From an uncultured Isosphaeraceae bacterium (lineage in GTDB: Bacteria; Planctomycetota; Phycisphaerae; Phycisphaerales; SM1A02), in the NCBI GenBank assembly GCA_964630505.1, contig CAZVVI010000004.1:8196-72195 (forward strand): a stretch of 64,000 nt of DNA, written 5' to 3'. The notes beneath the pieces are model-generated. The model ran no database searches and was not told where the DNA came from. It saw only the letters and a list, made by a program, of their open reading frames with translations. Of this stretch, positions 10,038 through 17,898 are shown piece after piece. Positions within the stretch are counted from its first letter, which is position 1. Each line of letters opens with the position of its first letter. The translations under genes and the position numbers were made by a program.

Positions 10038-10651
10038 TGTTGCTCCGATGGTGAACGGTGTATTCGAATGGTTTCATCAATGATTGAGTCATTTGTTATT
10101 CCAAGAGAAGAGACTAATGAAAAACGAACACTAATCTGCGTTGCATCAGTTGGAATGAAATTGTTAATCCAGAAACTGCACGAATGAATTGAGTCAACGA
10201 GGGGGATTGATGTAATCAAACTATTTGTCTCAAATGTTTCTAAAAGTAGTTCAAAATCTGTGAGTGAATTGCATTCAATATTCTCAGCATCAATCATCGA
10301 TTGAGACCACTCTTCAGGGAAATCGACAAACTTCACTGAAAGTTGCCTACTTGCTTCATCAAACTGAATCCAACGAATTTCTGTCGCATGGACAGTTTGG
10401 CTTTCAGTAGAATCATCGAACCAAAGTGTGAGTTGTGTTGTGCGTTTATCAAGGATGCACCTTGACGGTGCAATGTACGCACCGAGTCGGACTTGAGTCG
10501 TTGCAAGTCGAATTGCAGATTGTCTACCATCGTCTTTTGAAGCAATGCTATTTGTAGCTGCTGCCATCATCGAAGCAATCGCAGCGCCGATGACAGAAGT
10601 AATCCCAATAGCAAGAGTCATTTCAAGTAAGGTTAGTCCTCTGCGAATCAT
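10034..10651 (-). CDS. prepilin-type minor pseudopilin, GspJ-like
   Basis: 205 aa. MIRRG|LTLLEMTLAIG leader with Glu+5. Size and position fit GspJ. 4-nt overlaps on both sides. Confidence 0.6.
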   Translation of the reverse strand: MIRRGLTLLEMTLAIGITSVIGAAIASMMAAATNSIASKDDGRQSAIRLATTQVRLGAYIAPSRCILDKRTTQLTLWFDDSTESQTVHATEIRWIQFDEASRQLSVKFVDFPEEWSQSMIDAENIECNSLTDFELLLETFETNSLITSIPLVDSIHSCSFWINNFIPTDATQISVRFSLVSSLGITNDSIIDETIRIHRSPSEQQ

Positions 10652-11118
10652 GACTGTGGCTCCGGTATGAATCGTTCTAAAGAAATTAATGTTTGGTTAT
10701 CTTGATCGAATGTGATGACCGTTACCTTGCGACCTACAATGAAAATTTGTAGCGGTTCGATAAACAAATCAGACTCAGCAATCGAGACGTTACGACCAAT
10801 AGAGTTCCAATCACCTCCGATACTCATGCCAGTTGGGTCTACTATTGTTCCCACTTCCTCTGTATACCCATGCCATGAATCGATGGATTCCCACGGTTCT
10901 TGAGAGATTTGCGATAGTAAAGATTCAGCAGCAACGCTTGCAACGATTGTAGTTTTTGCTACGAGGCTTTGTTGTTGACCTGCGACGATTGCAGTTGTAA
11001 TAGAAGCAACGGCCACCATTAATAGTCCAACAGCTATCATGACTTCAAGTAACGCCAATCCACGTTTTTGGTTAGTATTTCCGCGATATTTCATACCATC
11101 TAACAAATCGAAATCCAA
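10648..11118 (-). CDS. prepilin-type minor pseudopilin, GspI-like
   Basis: 156 aa (148 aa if it starts at the Met at 11094). ...QKRG|LALLEVMIAVGLL leader with Glu+5. Small size and first position fit GspI. Confidence 0.6.
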   Translation of the reverse strand: MDFDLLDGMKYRGNTNQKRGLALLEVMIAVGLLMVAVASITTAIVAGQQQSLVAKTTIVASVAAESLLSQISQEPWESIDSWHGYTEEVGTIVDPTGMSIGGDWNSIGRNVSIAESDLFIEPLQIFIVGRKVTVITFDQDNQTLISLERFIPEPQS

Positions 11119-11355
11119 GCACTGCTACTCTTATCATGATTCTAGGTATGTACGAAATAGTGGTCTTAGATTGTGATAACAGGCATGAGTTGCCTATCTT
11201 CTCAACAAAACCCGTCCGATAACCAGCAGTTTTAAAATCGTCTTTTGCAACGCAGTATGAGTTTTTAGGGGCAGGAGGTCAGTTGATTGATGAAAAAACG
11301 TATTGGTAGCGAAAATCAATTGCAATGTTCGACGGTGAGACCATAATGCCCCCTT

Positions 11356-12954
11356 ATGCCGTGGCGGTTTTACCGGTACATGCTTGTCGACGTGCTGCGG
11401 CAATTTGCCATAACAGCAGTCATCCTTGTAATTGTCATTGCCTTTGGCGCGGCAATTAAACCGCTGTCTAGTGATAGTTTGTTAACCGGCTGGGATACGA
11501 TGAAATATCTATTCCTTGCAATTATTCCGATGCTTCAATTCGCGTTGCCTTTCGCTGGTGCATTTGCCGCGACAATTTGCTTACACCGAATGACACAGGA
11601 CAACGAATTTATCGCCATGTCCGTAAGCGGACAGTCGTATGTAAGGCTCCTCGCTCCGATGGTTGTGTTTGGAGGGACGTTAACAATTATTGTTGCGGTG
11701 CTAGCTCAATCTGTCATACCTTTGTACATAGGAAAAATGGCAGAGCAGATGACTTCCGATTTACCTCGCTTGCTTACCAACTCAATTAAACAACATACTC
11801 CATTTGTTCAAGGAAACTTAGTCATTTGGGCAGAGGATATTTTCCTTGATTCTAATTCATCAACAGATGATCGAATGGCACTCGACCATGTTGCTGTTGC
11901 GAAAACTGATGACAAGGGAGAAGCAAAGATGTATTTCACAGCAGCAGCAGCAGTCGTTGATGTGCAGAATGTGGATAACCAAACTTCTCTATATGTAAGA
12001 ATGCGAGATACAACCCAGTGGACAAAAAATGATGAAGGAGGATCATTGCGAGGTGCTCGCGAAGGTCATTTAACTCACCCAATAAACCTTCCATCATTAA
12101 CCAACCAAAGGTTAACCGCGCTTTCACGAAGCAAACTCTTGCACTTGAAGGATCATCCTCTGGAATACCACCATGTGCAGAGAGCAGCCACCTCACTCAC
12201 CATCGCATTAACCCAAGAAGAGTTTCTGAGCGCATTAGAAAAAAAGTTGAAAGCGGATGGCGATATTACTCTCATCGCGAACTCGGGTGGTCGTGAATTT
12301 GTAGTTTCATCACCCGCCATGGATGGAACTTCGTTTGAACCACCCATTGAAGTGACAACCATTCAGAGGACTGGGGAGACAAGCAACCTTTCTCCAGAAA
12401 GAGCATCATTGTTACTCGATTATTTTGAAAATGGTGAAATTGAAACCGTTACACTAGAAATGCGAGATGTCATCGTAGGAGCAGGAAAAATTGGAGAGAA
12501 CCAAAGAGCCCAGTTGGTTGTGCCTTCGCTACAAGTCAAAGCTGTGCCATTTCCAACGAACAACAAAGATCAAACCATAGCGTTTCTGCTTAACCAAGCA
12601 GCAGCATCTTCTTCTCAAAAAGTCATGAATACTGCTGCAAATCTTCGCAGGCATGTGTCAGCTCTAGATGATCATGTTGCTGGTCGAATCGGACAGCGGT
12701 GGGCTGTCAGCATGTTACCAATTCTCGCAATTTTATTAGGGAGTTTATTAGCGCTGAGGAATCCTGATCTTATGCCTCTGGGCGTGTATGCAAGAGTCTT
12801 TGTTCCAACAGTAATTGCAATGCTACTAATTTTTTCAGGTGGTCAGATGATTCGTGATGCTAAGGAAGTAACAGGTTTTAGCGTCATGTGGATTGGAAAT
12901 CTAGCCCTTGCAGGCCTAGTTATTTTTCATTGGTTGAGGCTAAGAGTGACTTAG
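11356..12954 (+). CDS. lptF: LptF/LptG (YjgP/YjgQ) family permease with enlarged periplasmic domain
   Basis: 532 aa. The N-terminus RFYRYMLVDVLRQF resembles the family start, with 3 N-terminal and 3 C-terminal TM helices around a long soluble insert. It is followed 1 nt later by a paralogue. Confidence 0.7.
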   Translation: MPWRFYRYMLVDVLRQFAITAVILVIVIAFGAAIKPLSSDSLLTGWDTMKYLFLAIIPMLQFALPFAGAFAATICLHRMTQDNEFIAMSVSGQSYVRLLAPMVVFGGTLTIIVAVLAQSVIPLYIGKMAEQMTSDLPRLLTNSIKQHTPFVQGNLVIWAEDIFLDSNSSTDDRMALDHVAVAKTDDKGEAKMYFTAAAAVVDVQNVDNQTSLYVRMRDTTQWTKNDEGGSLRGAREGHLTHPINLPSLTNQRLTALSRSKLLHLKDHPLEYHHVQRAATSLTIALTQEEFLSALEKKLKADGDITLIANSGGREFVVSSPAMDGTSFEPPIEVTTIQRTGETSNLSPERASLLLDYFENGEIETVTLEMRDVIVGAGKIGENQRAQLVVPSLQVKAVPFPTNNKDQTIAFLLNQAAASSSQKVMNTAANLRRHVSALDDHVAGRIGQRWAVSMLPILAILLGSLLALRNPDLMPLGVYARVFVPTVIAMLLIFSGGQMIRDAKEVTGFSVMWIGNLALAGLVIFHWLRLRVT

Positions 12955-12955
12955 A

Positions 12956-14083
12956 ATGAGACGATTAACGGTTTACATCATGAAGCGAATGGCAATTAAT
13001 TTTATTGTCCTCTTTACGCTGTTTTATTTATTAGGCGCAGTCATTGACATTATCGTAAACCTTGATGAGTTTGGTAAAACAGCGCTATTTGTTTCGGATG
13101 ATGGTGGGTTTTTCCATAGAGCATACTCAATAGTCCAAGTTGCTATCGGATATGAAGGACCTAGGTTGTTTCAAATGTATGCATATTTGCATGGTGTAAT
13201 TGCAATTGGTGCAATGGGTTTTACCGCTGCAAATATGTTGCGGTCCCGTGAATTCGTTGCAATTATGGCTGCAGGAATAAGCCTAAGGCGAATTGCCCTC
13301 CCGTTCTTATACATCATGGCTTGTATCAGTATCTTGGCTCTGATCAATCAAGAATATATGCTTCCTAGAGTAGCACCTCTTCTACTGCGTGATCATGATG
13401 AGTCGGGGGATAAAACTCCAGGTTCATTCACTGTTCCATTTACCCCAGACCATAATGGTGCTCTGTTGTTTGCTCCTTCTTTAGATCCTTCAACAGGAAT
13501 CCTCACAGGTCCATCTTTTCTTGAACGTGACGAGAAGGGGCGAATGATTCGTCAAATTCAATCTACAACTGCTACGTGGGACAAAACAACAAATTCTGGT
13601 TGGATTCTTGAAAATGGAACATCGGTTCGAATAGCTATTGATGAATCGAATGGTCAAGCAACAATTTCATTGCCTGAACCTGTTGAATTCTATGAGACAG
13701 AACTTTCACCATACATACTTACTCTTCATAGATACGGTCAGTACATTGGGATGCTCGGAATGTCTCAACTCAACAATATGCTAGAAGCGGCAGGCGCTTT
13801 CGATGAACCGATGCTTCGTCGCCACTGGTTCGCACGTTTTGCAACGATCGCGATGAATTTAATGGCGATGATTATTGTGATTCCATGTTTCGTGACAAGG
13901 GATGCTGTTGTCGTTTCTAGACAAGCCATAAAGAGTGGGGCGATTGCGCTTACTATTTTGTTTGGTGGGATGATTGTGATGCTCATGCCATTGCCGGGGA
14001 TCCCTGCAATGGTGAGTGTTTTTCTTCCTGCAATTGTATTGATTCCAATCGCTCTACTTCGCACGGTTATGATTCGTACCTAG
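12956..14083 (+). CDS. lptG: LptF/LptG (YjgP/YjgQ) family permease
   Basis: 375 aa with the same 3+3 TM topology and a central periplasmic domain, paired with the preceding gene as lptF/lptG usually are. Confidence 0.72.
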   Translation: MRRLTVYIMKRMAINFIVLFTLFYLLGAVIDIIVNLDEFGKTALFVSDDGGFFHRAYSIVQVAIGYEGPRLFQMYAYLHGVIAIGAMGFTAANMLRSREFVAIMAAGISLRRIALPFLYIMACISILALINQEYMLPRVAPLLLRDHDESGDKTPGSFTVPFTPDHNGALLFAPSLDPSTGILTGPSFLERDEKGRMIRQIQSTTATWDKTTNSGWILENGTSVRIAIDESNGQATISLPEPVEFYETELSPYILTLHRYGQYIGMLGMSQLNNMLEAAGAFDEPMLRRHWFARFATIAMNLMAMIIVIPCFVTRDAVVVSRQAIKSGAIALTILFGGMIVMLMPLPGIPAMVSVFLPAIVLIPIALLRTVMIRT

Positions 14084-15016
14084 AATTCTTCTTGCATCAG
14101 GGTCAATGATTTTGAGTGTATTTTCTTGCGTTAACTCCTGGGCTAATTCTTCCATATAAAACCTTTCTTGAGCAAGTGTTGCAAGTCGCCTCATTTCAGG
14201 CTCCACATCATCAAAGAGTATATTTGATGTGATTGGTTTATCAGTTACTTTTACAATCACCCATCGGTCGCCAATTAATATTGGATCAGAAACAGAATCT
14301 ACCTCTATCAAAGAAACTGCTTCGCGTATTGGTGAAGGCCAAGCAGGGTCTGCAGGTGAAATAGCATTTACTCGACCTCCTCTACTCGCACTTGAATCAA
14401 TTGAATATTCGATTGCAATATCAGAAAAAGAAGTTCCATCAACAAGTTTCTTCTTCACTTCATTGGCTTCTTCTAGTGTTGAGAGAACAATGATACGAGT
14501 TGGATATGTGTTGCCATGAATAATTGCATACATTCGCCGAACCGCGTCATCATTAACTTCAATGTGGGTTTGAATGAGTTTACGAAGGGCTGCATTTCTC
14601 CATAGCAAAGATGATTTGCGAGTGGGTCCGATTCCTTTTTCTTCTAGCATATTATCGAAGACAATTTCATCAACAGGAGTTGTTAATGTGCGAAGTAGTT
14701 GATATTCATGCTCGATATCTGCTGGTACGATTGACAATCCTTGTGCATGGAGTGCCTGTTCCAATGTCAGCGAAAGCACATACTCTTCAATAATTTCCTG
14801 ACCACCTAATTCAAACAACGGAATCCATAGATCATCTCTTCGGATAGTCATTTTTCCGAGCTGACCTACAATTTTTGAGTCCTGAGTTGGTTTTGCATAG
14901 ACTGTTTGTGAGCGAGCGGCGGGCTTGTATTGCCTTGGTTGGTTACACCCAATAAGAGCAGATGGCAGAAGTACCAGAATTGTTACGAGTGAGGGTACAA
15001 TAGGTTTGAGCATCAT
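14054..15016 (-). CDS. parvulin-type peptidyl-prolyl isomerase lipoprotein (SurA/PrsA-like)
   Basis: 320 aa with a signal peptide and lipobox (LPSALIGC). The C-terminal rotamase-like segment is FSDIAIEYSIDSSASRGGRV...GDRWVIVKV. The 3' end overlaps lptG convergently by 30 nt. Confidence 0.6.
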   Translation of the reverse strand: MMLKPIVPSLVTILVLLPSALIGCNQPRQYKPAARSQTVYAKPTQDSKIVGQLGKMTIRRDDLWIPLFELGGQEIIEEYVLSLTLEQALHAQGLSIVPADIEHEYQLLRTLTTPVDEIVFDNMLEEKGIGPTRKSSLLWRNAALRKLIQTHIEVNDDAVRRMYAIIHGNTYPTRIIVLSTLEEANEVKKKLVDGTSFSDIAIEYSIDSSASRGGRVNAISPADPAWPSPIREAVSLIEVDSVSDPILIGDRWVIVKVTDKPITSNILFDDVEPEMRRLATLAQERFYMEELAQELTQENTLKIIDPDARRILGTNHNRAK

Positions 15017-15686
15017 GGCAAAGCAAAGGATACTCGTCTGTCCCGTCTGTGGGGAGACTCAAAAAGAAACTTCCATCTGTAGAGTCTGTAATAACTCTCT
15101 TGATTCAGATGGACTTCTGTACGCTGAGGGAGCGATAGGTCCTTGGTGGGTGAGAGACCAAAATCGACCGTTTTTCCCCGGTATGACGTATGACCAACTT
15201 GCTGAACTGGCGAAAAATGGTGAAATTGAGCGACATACAATCATTCGAGGGCCGACTACTCGTCAACTTTGGAAAGTAGCAAGACGAGTTCCAGGGATTT
15301 CGCACCTACTGGAACGATGTCATAGTTGCGGAGAACACGTCAAACCAGAGGATCGCGCGTGCGGTGCATGTCAAGCCCAGTTTTTAAAATATCAGGACCG
15401 CAATAATTTAGGAGTGGATGCTGCCCAGCCAACGACGGGCAAAATCGATGGAATGTCATCATTTCTCTCTGATGAACAAATTCTAGATACACAATCGACA
15501 CCATTGACTCTTCCGACTGCTCCTTTAATTCCTCCTCGCAAGGATGATGACGCTATTGGATCTCCTCAATTCCATTCATTACAGCGGAGAGTAGCACAGG
15601 GGACTAGAACGGTGAGAATTTTGTCTGTTTGCTTGGTACTTTGCGTGATAGCCCTTATTTTCGCAGTAGTCATGTTGGTGAGTTGA
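15015..15686 (+). CDS. zinc-ribbon / GYF_2-like (DUF4339-like) tail-anchored membrane protein
   Basis: I trimmed the track ORF (14925) to the Met at 15015 (MAKQRILVCPVCGE...CRVC). The protein has two CxxC...CxxC ribbons, a GPWWV...MTYDQLAELAKNGEI...LWKVA segment resembling GYF_2 domains, and a C-terminal TM helix. Confidence 0.5.
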   Translation: MAKQRILVCPVCGETQKETSICRVCNNSLDSDGLLYAEGAIGPWWVRDQNRPFFPGMTYDQLAELAKNGEIERHTIIRGPTTRQLWKVARRVPGISHLLERCHSCGEHVKPEDRACGACQAQFLKYQDRNNLGVDAAQPTTGKIDGMSSFLSDEQILDTQSTPLTLPTAPLIPPRKDDDAIGSPQFHSLQRRVAQGTRTVRILSVCLVLCVIALIFAVVMLVS

Positions 15687-15736
15687 AAATTATTACCGGA
15701 CTTTTGTAACTCTTACGTTCTGAGATTATCGTAACT

Positions 15737-15886
15737 ACCCCAATCCTGCCGATGGCAAGACGACCGCAAAGGTTTGCGGTTCGTCGGCAGTGTGGCTTGT
15801 GCCGGCAAGACCTCGGACAGGATGTCGCCTGCTACTGGAGCAGGACGCCGAAGGATTCATAGAGCCACACAAGGATTGCCAAGAGA
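15737..15886 (+). promoter_or_regulatory. GC-rich, GGA-dense structured 5' leader of fliW-csrA (candidate CsrA-binding RNA)
   Basis: Six GGA triplets lie within 15815-15875, two of them as AAGGAUU. There are several hairpins, and the 5' segment CAAUCCU (15741-47) is complementary to both AAGGAUU copies. The 85-aa minus-strand track ORF here looks spurious. Confidence 0.35.
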
Positions 15887-16330
15887 ATGAATGTACAAAC
15901 GACTCGCTTCGGCACAGTAGAAGTGGATGACAGCAGGATTCTTGAATTCCCCTCGGGGTTGTTGGGTTTTTCCAGTTATACACAGTATGCATTGCTACAA
16001 CCAGATAATGATGGGTTGTTTTTTTGGTTGCAATCTACTGAAGCTGCTGAGTTGGCATTTGTTGTGACTGACCCATCAACGTGGGTACCTGATTATCAAG
16101 CGACTGTACGAAAAGAACAAATGAATGAGCTCCAACTTGCCACGTTAGATACTGCTCAAACGTTTGTCATTGTCAACAAATACGATCAAACATTAACAGT
16201 GAACTTGCAAGGACCAATTATTGTAAATTTAGCAAATCACCAAGCGATGCAACTTGTACTCGCTGATAAACGGTGGACAACAAGACATGAAATCGTTCGA
16301 TTAACAACTCAAGAACGATTGATTGCATAA
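15887..16330 (+). CDS. fliW: flagellar assembly factor FliW
   Basis: 147 aa. N-terminus TRFGTVEVDDSRILEFPSGLLGF is typical of FliW. It lies directly upstream of csrA, as in Bacillus-type fliW-csrA modules. Confidence 0.85.
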   Translation: MNVQTTRFGTVEVDDSRILEFPSGLLGFSSYTQYALLQPDNDGLFFWLQSTEAAELAFVVTDPSTWVPDYQATVRKEQMNELQLATLDTAQTFVIVNKYDQTLTVNLQGPIIVNLANHQAMQLVLADKRWTTRHEIVRLTTQERLIA

Positions 16331-16350
16331 ATTTGATTCATGAGTAATGC

Positions 16351-16389
16351 TCGCCCACGGAAGGGCGAACCTTGAGGAAGGATCCGAAC
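16351..16389 (+). promoter_or_regulatory. csrA translation-initiation region with a GGA hairpin plus a GGA-containing Shine-Dalgarno
   Basis: The hairpin UCGCCC-ACGGAA-GGGCGA (16351-16368) presents GGA in its loop. The SD GAGGAAGGAUCC (16374-16385) carries two more GGA, 5-12 nt before the AUG at 16390. Confidence 0.45.
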
Positions 16390-16623
16390 ATGCTGGTGTT
16401 ATCTCGCCATAAAGATGAAACAATTATGATAGGTGACGATATAGAGTTAACAATCGTAGATATCCGTGGTGATAAGGTCAGGGTGGGTATTAAAGCCCCC
16501 TCCTCAGTTCCTGTTCACCGCAAGGAAGTGTACGATGCAATCAAAGAGGAAAACGAGGGTGCTTCGACGATTGACAAAACTGATTTGAACGAAGTTCCAC
16601 CCCCAAGAATCGCACGCATGTAG
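16390..16623 (+). CDS. csrA: carbon storage regulator CsrA
   Basis: MLVLSRHKDETIMIGDDIELTIVDIRGDKVRVGIKAPSSVPVHRKEVY is a near-canonical CsrA. I moved the start from the track's TTG at 16372 to the ATG at 16390, which is preceded by an SD. Confidence 0.92.
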   Translation: MLVLSRHKDETIMIGDDIELTIVDIRGDKVRVGIKAPSSVPVHRKEVYDAIKEENEGASTIDKTDLNEVPPPRIARM

Positions 16624-16669
16624 TTCGACGTGACTGTCACCACACATGCAGTGTGACAGTCATATCGAA
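16624..16669. repeat. REP-like hairpin filling the csrA / pgi convergent spacer (copy 1)
   Basis: UUCGA-c-GUGACUGUCAC (16630-40), a 12-nt loop, then GUGACAGUCA (16653-62)-ua-UCGAA. No U-tract on either strand. The 3' arm overlaps the pgi stop codon. The same arms recur at 45601-45630. Confidence 0.65.
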
Positions 16670-17892
16670 CCGAAAGACTCGCGGGTCAATTGTTTGCTAA
16701 GTTCCACACCAGGTTGATCGTAAGGATTCACTTTTAAAAGCCGACCAGCAATCGCTACAGTATCTTGCCATAATGCGAAGAGTTGACCGACATTGTATGC
16801 GTTTAGTTCTGGTATTGTTAAACTCCACGTAGATTGCCCAGCTTCTTGAACTACTTGTTGAGTGGAGTTTTTTTCAGATAACAATAGTTCTTCTAGAGTT
16901 CGGTCTTTAAGCCAATCAGAAGTAGTTCCGATTGGTTCACTGCCAAGAGGAACAGTTGGCACAGATGCGACATCAATAAACCCAATGACTTTGTTCTTAG
17001 GGCCTTCTCGCCATAATTGGAGAACACTATGTTGATCAGTCGCACCCTTAGCAGCAATTGGAGTTGGACCAACCCGTGTTCCATCTTTATTTATTTTGCC
17101 TAGAGATTCAGCCCACAATTGCACGTACCAATGTGCAAATGGCATCAGGCGGTCACAGTATGGCATCATGACGTGAATATCTTGTCCACAGTGATAGGCT
17201 GCAACGAGCCCAGATGCGAGCGATGCAGCAGGATTGTTTTGAGGTTGCTTGCATGCATCATCCATCATCGCAGCACCGTCTAAAAGAGCGCGGATATCGA
17301 TTCCACACATTGCTGCGGGAAAAAGACCAACAGGTGACAAAGCACTAAAACGTCCGCCAACACCTTCTAGGACATCAAGTGTCAACCAATTCTTCATCTT
17401 CGCATACTCTCTTAGGGCGCCATCTTCTCCTGTAATCGCGACAAATGTAGCGTTTGAGAGTGTTGACTCAACGACCATTGTTAGGGCTGCGATTTCGGCG
17501 GTCTCTCCTGATTTAGAAACTACAGCAACGACCGTTTCAGAAAGAGATGGATCATCGGACAAAATCTGTTGTAAAACTTGTTGCACAGTGTTTGGATCAA
17601 TATTGTCCAACACGAACAGTGAAGTTCTCATCTCATCACACAGTGCTGAATATAGCGCCTTTGCTCCTAATGCAGAACCACCAATGCCAAGCACAAGAAC
17701 ATTTTTACAAGGCAATAGCGATTGCACAGCATTCATGATTGACTGCAGTTGCTCTTCTTTTAATGGTTCTCGCCAGAGGAGTCGCCACCGTTCATCTTCG
17801 TGGCCAATTCCCTCATTTGTAGCACCAATACACGTATCCAAATCAGGAGAACGATCGTGTGGTATTTGAACTGTAAGTTCGATTTGTTTCAT
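16660..17892 (-). CDS. pgi: glucose-6-phosphate isomerase (short bacterial type)
   Basis: 410 aa with SIS-domain motifs VSKSGETAE and GGRFSALSPVGLFPAA. Confidence 0.88.
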   Translation of the reverse strand: MKQIELTVQIPHDRSPDLDTCIGATNEGIGHEDERWRLLWREPLKEEQLQSIMNAVQSLLPCKNVLVLGIGGSALGAKALYSALCDEMRTSLFVLDNIDPNTVQQVLQQILSDDPSLSETVVAVVSKSGETAEIAALTMVVESTLSNATFVAITGEDGALREYAKMKNWLTLDVLEGVGGRFSALSPVGLFPAAMCGIDIRALLDGAAMMDDACKQPQNNPAASLASGLVAAYHCGQDIHVMMPYCDRLMPFAHWYVQLWAESLGKINKDGTRVGPTPIAAKGATDQHSVLQLWREGPKNKVIGFIDVASVPTVPLGSEPIGTTSDWLKDRTLEELLLSEKNSTQQVVQEAGQSTWSLTIPELNAYNVGQLFALWQDTVAIAGRLLKVNPYDQPGVELSKQLTRESFGSI

Positions 17893-17898
17893 ACGATG

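Noticed and set aside
11119-11200. A sigma-54 promoter (TGGCAC-N5-TTGC) for the pseudopilin operon, or near the EBP gene (6435-6534).
   Set aside because: The candidate GG/GC pairs have the wrong spacing: offsets of 10, 15 or 17 nt instead of 12. No link between the EBP and the pseudopilin operon can be claimed from sequence.
15737-15886. The GC-rich fliW upstream region as a known housekeeping RNA (SRP/4.5S, 6S, RNase P, tmRNA).
   Set aside because: There is no SRP domain IV motif (GGAA tetraloop with AGCA/GGAA symmetric loop), no tRNA-like end and no 6S-like long imperfect duplex. The size and position fit a leader better.
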